Assembly: GCF_000002075.1 (NCBI RefSeq)
Contig: NW_004797341.1
Span: 785,369 to 849,368 of the forward strand
Reading direction: 5' to 3'
DNA from: Aplysia californica
Taxonomy: Eukaryota
Length of the DNA stretch: 64,000 bases
Below the pieces are notes generated by a model. The model made no database searches. It worked only from the letters and a program-made list of their open reading frames with translations, and was not told the DNA's origin. Position 1 is the stretch's first letter; each line of letters opens with the position of its first letter. Positions 1 through 12,502 of this stretch are shown here, piece by piece. Made by a program: the position numbers and the translations under genes.

Positions 1-1309
1 ATTAGATAATTCAATTCATACAATTTGAGGTTATAAATAGTTATATGTTCAGATCACCATTCTTTTTTTTTCAAGAGGAAAGCAGATGTCTATTTTCATT
101 TTGTGTTTGGTCATTCTATTGAGTTACATCTATAAGACCAAAAAAAAACCACTATCAAAGTAAATGTGACACTTTATGAATTCTGACCGTTATGTATCAC
201 AACGCCGTGGAAGTAGGCGCTCATCAGTTTTCGGGGCATGTGGAGTTATTTGTGTCTTTTTAAAGCTTGTTCATTTATCTCACTTTCAATGAAAAATAAT
301 TACCCGTCTCGTATCTTGAAAAGAAGTCGAGATATGAATTGCAATTGAAAGAGGCGGGGGTCGCCTGGTTTCAGAGGTACCAGGCAAATTTAGCAAAAAA
401 TAGACTGCCAAAATTTAGTGACTTTCAAAGCTTTTTACGGTCGATGGAAATAGCAAATTTAGATTTTATTGTGCCTTTGACCACGTTTTCAGTAAAATAC
501 GCACGTGATTTTCATTAAATGAACATAAAAGGTGCTGAGACAAAAAAAGTCAAAATAAAAAAAGCCCAACGGCAATAAAAAGTTAAGATTTCTGTGCTTG
601 ATTTCATTATCTTGGCGATCACATTATTTCATCACAATGCCTCACATTCACAGGAATTCTGACCGTTAAAACAAGGGACATGTTCACCAGTACATGGTGT
701 AATTTCTCCCCACTTCCCCCTGACCTCCCGTGGGGCCGACCTTTTAAAAGAAGTATTTCCGAGTCAGAACAGGCGGAGTCGAACACTTGCTAACTGAACT
801 TTCTCTTTTATTTTTAAATTTTTATTTTAGTTTGTTTTAGTAAGGTTTTATGGCGCTCGCAATATCATAAGGTTATATATATGAGCGAAAAGGGGCGGGT
901 GTCAACACAGAAATCCAAATGGGGAATCAGGCTTACTCTACTCACCCCTCTAGCCTCAACTGCACAAAGTCTGCTTCGATTATCAAGGCACCCCGGAAAT
1001 AGTTCACAAGAGAGTGACAAACATACAAAATAAGTAGAGGTAAAATGACGATAGTAAGAAGGGTGACCTTATTTGGGCCACAGTGTGGCCTAAATAAGCT
1101 AAACCCCCCTCCCTTACCTTATTTAGGCCACACTGTGGCCCAAATAAGCTAAACCCCCCTCCCTTACCTTATTTAGGCCACATCATATGGTAGATTTCTT
1201 GAACTAACCATGGATTCGGAAGGTCGAGATTCTACTGATCTTTTTATTTAGTGCGGGGGATTATTTCAAAATAGAGGATGATTCTAAATAAGTGGACCAA
1301 GTGTAAGAG

Positions 1310-1370
<61 letters not shown>

Positions 1371-1450
1371 TGTGTGGGTGTGGGTGTGTATGTGTTTGTT
1401 TTGTGTGTGGTTGTGGTGAGAGAGAGAGAGATCTAGAGAGAGAGAGAGTA
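1310..1450. repeat. (GT)n/(GA)n compound microsatellite
   Basis: Direct reading; the source of the HTHT ORFs. Confidence 0.95.
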
Positions 1451-2209
1451 AATGTAGTAGTGTGTTTGTATGTGTGTAATGTGTGAATGTTATTGTGTGC
1501 ATGAGTGTCTATCTCAGTTGTACGGTCCAAATGTACATTATTTTGTTGAGAATTTTACATAGAACTCAACTACAAAACACCTTTATACAAAGTCACAGAA
1601 ATATTCTTTTTGTGCTTATTGAGGTGCAGTACAGGGTGATTAAAACCTGCAAGGATAATTGGACAAAATGGGCAATATCTTACTAATGCTAATACTAATG
1701 GTCATATTTAGACAAATCCTATATCATTCTCTTTTTTTCTTAACAGCTCATGGTTATCAAAGAGTCAGCAAACTAGATCAAGGTAGTAATTTCGGATTCC
1801 TAATATTATGGGCATTCTTATAAAAATTTAAACTTGTTTTTAGCGCTTTTTTCAACGTAAAACGGATTCCGTTAAAAAAACAGCAACAACAATGACCTTA
1901 TCTTTCTTTTTTAAGGTATTGTGCATACATTTGTGTGAAACTATTTTATTCTATGCTTTCAAGTACATGAAAAAAGCTAATAAAATCAAGCAAAATGTTC
2001 TTCAGAGACATAGATCTAGTAGTAAGCCCACTGGAACATTTTATAAACCGTGAAAAGATGACCAGAAAATAACAAAATTATCTTATGATTTTCACTTGCA
2101 CTTGCAATTTTTTTGACAAATTATCGTCTACCTCGTTATCTTTTTTTTTCCACATTTTTCTTCACTATTCATGACAACTGGCATGTTTTTCAGTTATTAT
2201 CAAGGAAGT

Positions 2210-2961
2210 GGATAGGCGGACCACGGGGTCTATCTAGCCCCAAAAGGATAGGTGGACCGCGGGGTCTACCTAACAAAATGCTGTTTTAGGATGTGAACCC
2301 TGGAATCAGCGTAGTGAAATAAGTAGATCTAGGTTTGACTAAGGATCGGTGGACCCCGGGGTCAACATAGTGAAATAAGTAGATCTCAGTTTATTTTATA
2401 GTAAGACTGGCGGAGCCCGTGGTCAACGTAGTGAAATTATAGGTAGATCTAGGTTTAAATTAATAAGGATTGGTGGACCCCTGGGTCAACGTAGTGAAAT
2501 TATAAGTAGATCTAGGTTTAATTAAGGTTTGGTGGACCCTGGGGTCAACGTAGTGAAATAAGTACATGTAGATCTTGGTTTAATTTTAAGGATTGGTGGA
2601 CCCAGGAGTCAACGTAGTGAAATAGGAAGGTGTAGGTTTAAGGTGGACCCCAGGGTCTACCTAACGAAATTTAATACTAGTTAGGTTTTAGAATAGGTGG
2701 ACCATGCGGTCACCGTAGTAAAATAAGTAGGTTTAATCACGGTGTCCCGGGGGTCCACCAATTCTTAATTAAACCTTCTTATTCCTCTACGGCTATGGTG
2801 ACTCCGGGGTCCATCAATCCTTTTAAAATTAAACCTACTTATTTCACTACGGTGACCCCGGGGTCTACTAATCTTTAAATAAATCTACTTACATGTATTT
2901 CACTACGGTGACCCCGGGGTCCACCTGTCCTAAAACCTAGTATTTTGCTAGGTAGACCCCG
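2210..2961. repeat. Inverted pair of ~55-60-bp tandem arrays (foldback-type)
   Basis: Unit GGTGGACCCCGGGGTCAACGTAGTGAAATAAGTAGATCTAGGTTT repeated to ~2735, then its reverse complement to 2961. Outer ends CGGGGTCTACCTA(A/G)CAAAAT are inverted. Confidence 0.8.
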
Positions 2962-4786
2962 TTTTTAACAATATCCAGAAAATAACATAAAATGATTATA
3001 TAGATCTATATCTATACGTATTTTATTTAAAAGTATATACTTAAAAATAAAAGACTGAGCAGAGGCTTACAATGTAAATTCTGTGCTCTACACGTAGAGA
3101 AAGTCTTAAGTTTGCGCAAAACAGATTTTAGAAAAAAAAGTTGATCTAATTATTCTAATAAAAGTAAAAGTGATTGTTATGGTGAGATTTGTTATTATTA
3201 ATTCTGGAAATACAGATAGTTGCTGAATCTAAAATTAACTAGAACTGTGCAATTCGTTTTATTTCAATTCCAAAGCCCAAAGGCATAGCAATGAGTTAGA
3301 TCTAGATCTAGCAGTTGTAGGCTCTCTGGCTGCTTCTAGCATTTGTCTGCTACTACTGATTCTAGACAGGGAATCTAGATCTAGCTATCACCTGCACTAT
3401 TAAAGTCAAATATATGGTAAAATAAAAACAAAACTGTGAATCGCTTTGTCAGTCAGTACATCCCAATTGCCATAGCAGCACATATTAATAGTTGAATAAT
3501 TATACCGAAGCAACATGTTATCACAGTGTGCAGGGGAGAGTGGGGTGCCCGGGTCGCTGACCGGTCGATTCGGTGGTTCGGCTTTTGTAGATCTATGCAT
3601 TTTTTACGGAAAGCCCTATTACTAGATCTATTAGTGTTGTGAAAACTTCAACCTCTACAGCTAAGGCGGCAAAAGATGTTGGAAAATAATAATACGTCCT
3701 GAAGTTTCATAATTTATACAGAATAATACAGCCAGTAGTTTTTATCTCATCGAGTTATAAAAATGGCCTTGTAACTTGTTTTCAGAAGCAAATTTTAATA
3801 GTTACAGTTCTACCGAATCGATTTTCACGCAAATTCAACCATTTTGATGACCATTTCTTTTCCTTTTAAAAAGATAAAGGCCTGTCGGATGTGGCAGTGC
3901 GATTAACACTAAGTTGTTTAGACCTATCAAAACACGAGGCTTCGTGGCCGATCACAAAGGTCTACGGGGCTTATCGAGGCCGATTCGCCCTGCCGCGTGC
4001 ACGTTCACTAAACTGCCTACTAGATAGATCTACTACCAAAGATTCTTCTCGATCTTTGCTACTACTACTACATCTACACATGTAGGCTACTACTACTAGA
4101 CAGTACGAGAGATGTACTACTACGAGACAGTACGAGAGAGTGCCACCCAGGCAAAGATAGTGTAACTTTGACTCAGCCACGTTGTGTACACACTTTTTAT
4201 ACCCCAAATTTGACCCGGAAGTCCATTTGGAGGATTTGACCTTTTTACTTGACCAAAGTGTGCCAAAATGGTAGCCTAGATTTTGCCCCTCCATGAAGGA
4301 AAAATCTGGCCCTCATTCAAACCATTGAGATTGAGCAAAACTTTGCGTATCGTGCTTTGTTCTTACAATATTCATTATGATATATATAAGTTGTACACTG
4401 AGACAAAACTGTACTAAATGAGAAAGGTGCACCATTATGAAAGTGGAACGAACTCAGTTGCCTTAAAAGGGTGTCCCCTGGTAGTTTGAGCATGTGTGGC
4501 CTAAATAAGCTAAACCCCCCTCCCTTACCTTATTTAGGCCATATGTGGCCCAAATAAGCACTCCTTAGTAAGAATGAGGAAATACAAAGCAGCAGTCCCC
4601 CCTATGTTATTGCGGCGCAGTATGAATCATGAGCATGCCATTGATAAATCAGCCTGTTTTTACAATTCTACTGTGCATTAGAAAATGTACAGTTAACATC
4701 CCTCCTGTGGGAATGGCCTCCTAAAGACAACTTCAGTCAGTAGCACTGCCATGGTGGGGTAACTCTCTCCCTTTATACTGTCACTG

Positions 4787-4885
4787 TCAGTTACATACGG
4801 CGGAGAGCAGTCGGCGCCACGCTTGCCTGTCCCTGGCCACGTTCTCCAATTTCGGCACATCCAGGCTCTGGGTGATTGCCTCATC
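4787..4885 (-). mobile_element. 3' fragment of an RTE-like LINE ORF
   Basis: C-terminal peptide LENVARDRQAWRRLLSAVCN* resembles the RTE A.DR..WR terminus. Confidence 0.5.
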
Positions 4886-5182
4886 CCTTCTTAGTCTTAC
4901 TCTTACTGTGCCTCTTTCGCTTACATTTGGACTTCCTCGTTTTCTTTTTTTCAGTTGGTCTCCAATAATCATGTCTGATGAAATAGCAATCTTGTCTTCG
5001 GCATTATTAAAACAGGTCATATGATTCCCATCTTTTTACGGTTGTGTTGATATTATCAATTCCAGCTCTTTCCAACACTTCATTAATTGTAATCTAAACG
5101 GCAATGTTACATGTATTGGCAATAACAGGAACTCATCGGAGCCCATTCGGTTATAGCAGCGACAAAGGCTCATTAACAATGT

Positions 5183-5186
<4 letters not shown>

Positions 5187-5253
<67 letters not shown>
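5187..5253. repeat. (GA)n microsatellite
   Basis: Direct reading. Confidence 0.95.
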
Positions 5254-5254
<1 letters not shown>

Positions 5255-5904
5255 CAATCCCCAAGGGCCAGAACACGGAATTTGCGCAGAAAATGAGAAA
5301 TCCCCACGGGCCAGAAGACGCAGGCTAGGCGGGGCACTTACACTACTTACAGTACGCCCCTCTCTCGCCTTGCTGCGCGATGGACTCATTCAACAGCGGC
5401 GTCCGCCATGTTTTTTTTGGCAAGCTGTGTGAATGAGTTCATGCTAAAGCAATAGGCTAGGCATGTTTTCTCTCTCTCTCTCTCTCTCTCATACGTGATA
5501 GGCGAGGCTTGGTCCGTGTCGATTTTTTTTTTTTTTACATGGGTGCCGTGGCGTACTAGATCTAGATCTATTTAATAATATAATCTAAATTACTAAATAG
5601 AAATAATGCAGCGTTCTTTCTACAACTAGATCTACAAATAAATGTGCTATTAATAATCGGGAATCTTCGGTTACCGAAAATAAAACGGAACCGCCCACCT
5701 CTAATCTGGAAATTGGGGGGAGTGTCTACGTACTCCCCGATTGGGGTCTACATAGTCATGGTATCTAGGTGGACCCCAAAAATGTTGGATTGTGATTGGC
5801 TCGCTGAGCGAGCGGTAGTTTACATTGGTTACAATGCAAGGCTGCTAGGCCTAGGGTAGTATGTCTATCTTGTGTTACTAGATCTATAATTAATTGATTT
5901 AGCC

Positions 5905-5907
<3 letters not shown>

Positions 5908-5976
<69 letters not shown>
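5908..5976. repeat. (GA)n microsatellite
   Basis: Direct reading. Confidence 0.95.
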
Positions 5977-5983
<7 letters not shown>

Positions 5984-7149
5984 ATGAATAATAAACGTAT
6001 CTCTCTAGATCTAGAATCTAGATCTAGATTTTGTTTTGTACCCAGCCAAGAGTGTGCTGTTCGGTCTAGATTTAGATTCTAGATCTGTAGATCTAGATCT
6101 AGTAGTGGCCTGGTGGGCGAATGACCGAAGGGCGACTCTCGACTTCTTGCCTGTGAATTGGTGGAACACACTAGGCCTATCATGCAACTTTGATTCATAC
6201 AAGGGACTGGACGAGAAGGCCAGATAGTGCCCACTACAGCTGGATCGGGCCGATCGCCTAAAACTGAAAACAAAACATGTTTGTTTTTGAGGCATCGGCC
6301 GATCCCGTCCGTAGTGGGCACCCCGTAGCCTATTAATCTCGGGACTGGAACTAGTCGATTCCAGGGGGCGGTCATTTTGGCAAAATGCTAACGAAAGGCT
6401 CATGCTCTTTTACAATGTGGAAATTCCTCAATCTCAAACATCATTTTCACAAGTAAAATTTTTAAAAAAAAATCTTGGTTATTTATCTAGCCAAGAATAA
6501 GTTATTTTGTTAAAAAGTATTTGTATATATAAAGAATTTATAATAGAAATGAAACCTCATCACATTGTGTTTGTTAACACAGATACTTATACTTATACAG
6601 CTGCCGAGGCCTACATAAAAAAAAAAAAGAATTTCACTGGGAAATCAAAATAAAACAAAGCGATGCACATGTAGAATGCATGTCACAGGAAAGGCTAACT
6701 GGGGTAAGCTGTTAAATCTATGGATTCTGGAATGCCTTTGGTTATAATTATTATTAGTACATCAAAGTATGAACAACAATAAAAAAGAACAATTGAATAA
6801 TACATTGTACTAGACTTTATGACTATGAGTATGAGATCCCTTCAATAAAGTAGGCCTAATGTTAATTAGAGAAAAGCATAAAATTGAGAGGAAGAAAAAC
6901 TTAACAATTTCTTTACTTAGTGGTCACTAGATCTATTATAATTTATAACTTTGTTGTCTATACTGTACAAGTGAATGTGATGCATGTGTCTGTTGTTGAT
7001 GTTATAGTTCTATGCCACTCATAATATTATTAGAGCTATGTTGATTAAATTATCACATTATTCTTCACAAATAATATTATTAGAGGCTATTATTATTCTA
7101 TGACTTGAAAGATACTGTTTTTGCAGCTTTTGTAACTCTTAAGTTGCTG

Positions 7150-7525
7150 CTGGGATGGCATTTTTCTGTCAAGTAGATCTAAATGTGGTTCTGCCTGAGC
7201 ACATACGGCCACATTCCTTTTCTTGGCAGGTTTGACAGTTTCTTCAATGCTTTACTACAAATAAAAACAAGTCATCTGCAATTTACAAGCATTGTAACAA
7301 ACTCAAACCAACTTCATCCCACATCCAAAATACAAATAATATAATTCAAGCCCTTTTGATTCTGGTAAAGGAAACTGAAAGGGTGATGTTTAGTATTATT
7401 CAGCTGCTAAATCAGGAGTGTTGAAAACCTTTTCATAGAGGAAAATTAAGCAGCCACATACATCAGTGGGTACTTGCTTAGGAAAGTGTCTCCAGTTATA
7501 TGTGACAAGTGTAAGACTTTTAGTT
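7150..7525 (+). pseudogene. P-element/THAP9-like transposase relic
   Basis: AATYISGYLLRKVSPVICDKCK at 7450-7515 (YIxGY..RK..CxxC C-terminal motif). A frameshifted FFCQV/RSKCGS near 7160 resembles the FF..IR..GG motif. Confidence 0.4.
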
Positions 7526-8211
7526 ACACCAAATAGTATCTTGTCTGTCATAATCACACCCGCCTTTTTTGTCCGTCATCATAACAAGGCCGACAAAAAT
7601 TTTGAAGGATACAGTCTTGGCAAAGGCAAAATTGATTTTCTTCTTGCTTTACTGTAGTCAGCTAATAAGTTCAAATACAATACATGTATCATGATTGAAC
7701 AGATTCAGATCAGATGTTTAAAATTAGCCACTGTCAAAATTAGAAAAATTGAAAGATTGGTTGCTGTCGGGTTTGACTGGTTACAGACACAAAGCATGGG
7801 GTACCGTATTTAGAAATGACTCATTTGATATAAGATATGGTGTCCAGCTCATGTCTATTCCCAATAGTTCTAGCGGTCCAGGGGATGAACGTTGCAGAGA
7901 TACAAACACGTCAGTCTTTTTCCCCCTCGGCAACTGATCATTATTACAATGATAGTCTTGACGTAGAGACATCTACGAAATGAATTGTGCGCTGGTCTAT
8001 GGAATCAAAAGTTGTCGTATGCTAGGCTCTATACATCAACACAACTTTTTGGTAAACAATCGAGATGACACAGGCGTGTGCATTTGAACGAATCGGTCTT
8101 TTATTTTTACACGCTCATAAAATGCAGACATTTCAGGCTCTACTTGTGACTTCTCTTTATACTATACATTACTTGCTCAGTGCCTGTAATTATCTACACA
8201 AAACCTTGTGT

Positions 8212-8494
8212 TTGCTATAACGAGCACTCGGATTCAACGAAATTTTAGGTCAGGCCCAGCGACCTCGTTGAATCCGAGTTCCACTGTAATTAAAAAAAAA
8301 CATTTTTATTCCACGAATTTTCACTGAAATTTTCCCATAATTTGGAGTAATTCTGCTAATTTGTGGAAGCACTGTGTAATTCTAATAACTTGTCTCCCTT
8401 CTTTTCTTTAGCCGTAGTCACGTTCATCGAGAAGTTGGACTCAACGAGGACAACAAGCCGGTCCCGGCAACCTCGCTGAATGCGACACCCACTG
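8212..8494. mobile_element. Two right-end fragments of pogo/Tc1-type MITEs
   Basis: ...CCTCGTTGAATCCGAGTTCCACTG|TA ends at 8286 and a related ...CCTCGCTGAATGCGACACCCACTG ends at 8494. Confidence 0.55.
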
Positions 8495-8689
8495 TGTACT
8501 ATGAACACGGGCCACCAAACTAAATGCAAAGAAAGAAATAATCAACAAAAGTCCAGGTTTGTCAAGAAGCAGCAACTGTATTCAATTCCATTTTGATTCA
8601 ACAGCAGCTTACATCAACAAAACAAAATGTATTAAACCAATTAGAAAAATAAGTCAGCAAGGACAGGTGAACACTTAAAAATTACGGGT

Positions 8690-10041
8690 TCTAAAAATGC
8701 AACAACTTTAATTAATCCATCCAAACGAAGAAGACAATAAAACACTTCAGCGAGAAATGATTATTTTTCTTGGGAAATAACCGGAACCAGATAGTCCCCA
8801 AGCTTTAGAAAGGGTGGATTATAACCCCCAACCTACCAGATTGAATTTAGACAAGTTGAGGCCCAGAAAAGCCTTTAAAGCTAAACATAAAATACTTACC
8901 AAATCAATACTTACTCTTGATGCATACTGTCGACAGTATTCGAGGATCCCAATCCTTTTGTTCCTAGAAGGCATTGTGCTTAACATCCTATGCATACAAA
9001 TGTGAGAGAGGGCAAAGTGGGTCAGTGTGGCAGCAAAGCCACCAAATCCCGCGGAGAAGGGGGCGCGTCCTTTGCATTCCTAGCCGTACTACTGAATTCG
9101 ACTCGATAAGATTTGAAGGCGACATAACAGCCGCCAGCAAAAGGGTTCCAAAATACATTTTAACCTCCTCGGTTCTGCAGCCATTGTTTGTATTTCCACA
9201 TTAAAAAAAAAAGTTTCATGACCTCCATAAGCTGAGGGCACAAAATTGATCACATCCGTCAATACCTATACCAATTAGAATCCACACTATTTATATAATT
9301 TTTTTTGTTCAATACGGTGCATATTTTCCCCCATAAACTGGAAGACAAAATGAAAATCGGAAGGAACTTTATATAAAGTGATAGGAAGAGTTAGAAAATT
9401 CAAGGGGCAGTTATAAAAGTGCACCCCCTCCCTCCTTCCGATAACCAAAATCCTCTTCCCATTTTATATTGTGCCAGTGTGGCCGAGAATCTCGATTTTG
9501 ATAAAGATCGCATTAACCCATGGTACCTGTACTGTATACTGTATGGAATGGAATCTCGACTTAGTGACCAAACCAACCCACTCCCAAGTCCTACTCGCAA
9601 CCCATAAAAAAGTCTCCATCGTTGAGTTTTCCAACGGACTCGTAAATCCGAATATTCCACGACAAAGCATCCTTTCCAATTTGCAAAACAAGGGATGGTT
9701 TCAGCCTTCTGGCAGTGTTTCCAGGCATTGCTTTGCAAGTCTCCAAGCAAAAAAGATCCATTGCTAGGTGTCTACATAGAAAAAATGTTGCATGTGATTC
9801 ATGCTTATTCAAATTACATGCTCATTCCTTCAGATCCCATGATTTCTTTATCCATTCCTTCCAATGATCCTAGTCCGTGTTTGTTCCGATTTCCATTCCC
9901 AATTCAGAGTCCAATGCATCCTCCTTCCAATTTATCCATTCCAAATCCATAATGCCTATAATCCAAATCCAATCCATTTCCTTTAGCCTTAGATTCCTTC
10001 CCTTCCAATCTTTTCCAATCCTTATCCATTTATGCATGAAA
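8690..10041 (-). other. SRSF1: Predicted terminal non-coding 3'UTR exon of the SR gene
   Basis: Strong acceptor CTAAC-ACTTTCTCTTTCCATTTTTTCCTTCTCATAG| at 10042, with a GGA-dense 5' part. Candidate ATTAAA at 8707-8712; the 3' end is uncertain. Confidence 0.55.
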
Positions 10042-10637
10042 CTATGAGAAGGAAAAAATGGAAAGAGAAAGTGTTAGAATGGCATCAAATAAACCTTTCA
10101 CATTGTTCGTCCTACTTTCAAAAGTTGACAAGAGTAGCAAAACCAGAGAATATCTCAAATGAATAAGGACACATAACTAAAAATGTATGACAACATGGTG
10201 ATCTATTCCAAAATCAAGCCGATATGGAGTTCATTAAAAAAAAAAAAGTAGGGATGCACAAAACACATTAAAAAGTTCAATAACATGAACAATAAAATGA
10301 AATGCAGTGCATGAGCAATGGTCAAAAATGTAATATTGGGGAAAAATTGACACAATGTCACAGAGAGCAAAGGTTACACATTTCTAAAGTACGGCCCCTT
10401 TCCTAAGACATTATACAAGCTTGCCCTTCAAGACTGTGCACGACAGACTTTCAAAATAAACCTATTTCCAAAAAAATATGCTTGGAGCTCCTAAATGCAT
10501 GGATGACAGCTTGATGGAGAGCAATACAGACCCATGAAACAATTGTGACGAGTATAAAAAAAATGGTTAAAAACAATAAAACAAAACAAAAAAACAATCC
10601 CCCCCAGATCATGGAATCCCCCCATCCTACATCATAC

Positions 10638-10889
10638 CATTGAGGCATTCATCCTCCGATAACGTAACGACAAAATAAGGAGCCACCGATGGACGGGAGG
10701 GAGAGAGGAAGCAAGGAGACCAGACAAGGCCGCATCCTCCTCGACCACTTTAGCCCTTCCCTTGACCTCTTCCATCCATCCGACTCCAGCGCTCCATCTC
10801 CTCTGGACGGTCTCCCATCCTGACCAGAGACGTTTTAGGAGCGTTCTGAGGAGTGAGAGGAGGCGACACCATGAGAGGGGTCTACTACA
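10638..10889 (-). other. SRSF1: Predicted non-coding 3'UTR (cassette) exon of the SR gene
   Basis: Acceptor CTTAAT..TGTTTGTTTAG| (tandem AGs), donor ATG|GTATGA. GC- and GGA-rich island in AT-rich surroundings, with no meaningful ORF. Confidence 0.5.
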
Positions 10890-11290
10890 CTAAACAAACA
10901 ATATTAAGATTCATTCCCAGTGCTTTAGAATGGTGCTCTACGGTTTATAAACAAATTGATTTCACACTTGTAACAAGAGTATATCTGATGCCAACACACC
11001 AAACTTTGAAAAACAACAACAACCAAACAAAAAGCCCCCCAACAACTACCCAATAAAACTGAATTTTTGTTTTTTCACTTCCTTTCATCAGAAAATCTCG
11101 ACGAGCACAATGGTAATTTCTTTCCAGATGGTAAAACAGAACTTGCATGAAACTGATACAAACCTAAACAAATAAAAAGTAAATTAAAAAACCCAACCCA
11201 CTTTTTCCAAAGTTAAGTTTGATAAATATTTTCCCACAAGAATACTCCTGAGTTTACAATGATTACTTTACTCAACACATTACACTTTAA

Positions 11291-11986
11291 CACGCCCCGC
11301 GAATTTCCTTACGCGCTCCACCCTGACTAGCCTGCGCCGACCTAGCGTCTTTAGAAACGAGGTTACGCCTTGAAGAGACTCTGCAGCCGAGATTTTGATG
11401 TGTATAGTTATTGGAAAAAGTTTCGTCTTCCGTTTGATAATGAAACAAAATTTTTCGGGCCAGTAGTTTTAGTATTAGAGCCAATCAAAGTGCGATCGCG
11501 TTACCGACACTTCAAAGGTGCCTCGACTTGTTGAAAAGCGACACAATTGAGTTAAAAAAAAAAAGGAAATAACGATGGATTTGAGCAAAAACATGCATGA
11601 CAAATCAGATGACTCAGATTTTGATGAAAATGTTGTAGCAAGAATTTGGGGCGATTCAGATTGATCAGATGTAGAAAATCTAGATTTTAGATCTAGGGCC
11701 CGGACTGCAAGGCTGAGAGAGAGAGAGAGAGAGTGACGGGTCGGGGTCGGACACCCCGGTTGAACTAAAGTTAGAACACTTCCAACAGTTTGCGCATACA
11801 TAGTTATATTTTTCAGAAACTACATTATTTTTCTTTTTTAACTTTTTATTTCTTTCAGGATTTTGGGAATTCGTTTAGATCTTTAAAATGTGTTTTTAAA
11901 CACCTTTATTCACGGGAGGGGGGTTCCTTCCCCTTGCTTACGATCTAGGAATGGACTTCCTGTCCAGACCATTAGGGTGTAATATG
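11291..11986. mobile_element. Possible decayed piggyBac-like element
   Basis: TTAA at both flanks with CA...TG ends. Internal acidic N-terminus-like peptide MDLSKNMHDKSDDSDFDE. TIR match is poor. Confidence 0.35.
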
Positions 11987-12502
11987 TTAAAGTATCAGAG
12001 TAGGAGAAAAAAAAGAACACTATTTGTTTGCTTAAAACATGCAAAAGCAGACAAGCCTACAAGCAATTTATGAGCAGCTGGTAGTACACGGGGGAGGAAA
12101 CAAAAAACCCCCTTCACTTTCAAATTTCCCATGACAAAAACAAGCCCCTAAAAAAATCTGACTAGAACTTGACAGTTAATAGCATTCATAAAAAATACTA
12201 GCAATTTAAATCTACTCCACCAATTTTTGTTTTTAGACCCATAAAAGAAAAATGAATCTACTCTGCAAACACCATGAAAGCTGTAAGGCCAAAAAAATGT
12301 CTACTGCATGAAAAGAGAAGTGATGGAATGATCATTTGACTGCTGCTTATGACAGACATATAACACCCTTTTGTCATTGAAAACGAAAAAACAAACAACC
12401 CCCCCAAAAAATAAAACCCCTAAATCAAACCCACCCCCAAGTGTACAAAACATACTCTAAAAAACATTCCCATCAAAATCAGGAGAGAAAATATCCCCTG
12501 AA

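Larger units (their letters stand above)
1061..4565. mobile_element. Non-autonomous MULE/foldback-like DNA transposon (~3.5 kb) with 9-bp TSD
   Basis: TAGTAAGAA at 1052-1060 and 4566-4574. Both ends carry the palindromic module CTTATTT(G/A)GGCCACA..TGTGGCC(T/C)AAATAAG alternating with CTAAACCCCCCTCCCTTAC. No transposase ORF seen. Confidence 0.75.

Noticed and set aside
1066-1181. Palindromic repeat-spacer pattern resembling a CRISPR array
   Set aside because: Spacers are identical, the DNA is eukaryotic, and the module recurs at 4495-4560 as a transposon end
1261-1530. His/Thr-rich ORFs (also the ER/LS ORFs near 5100)
   Set aside because: Translations of microsatellites
2300-2960. Regularly spaced palindromic repeats as CRISPR
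   Set aside because: Degenerate tandem units with no unique spacers and no cas genes
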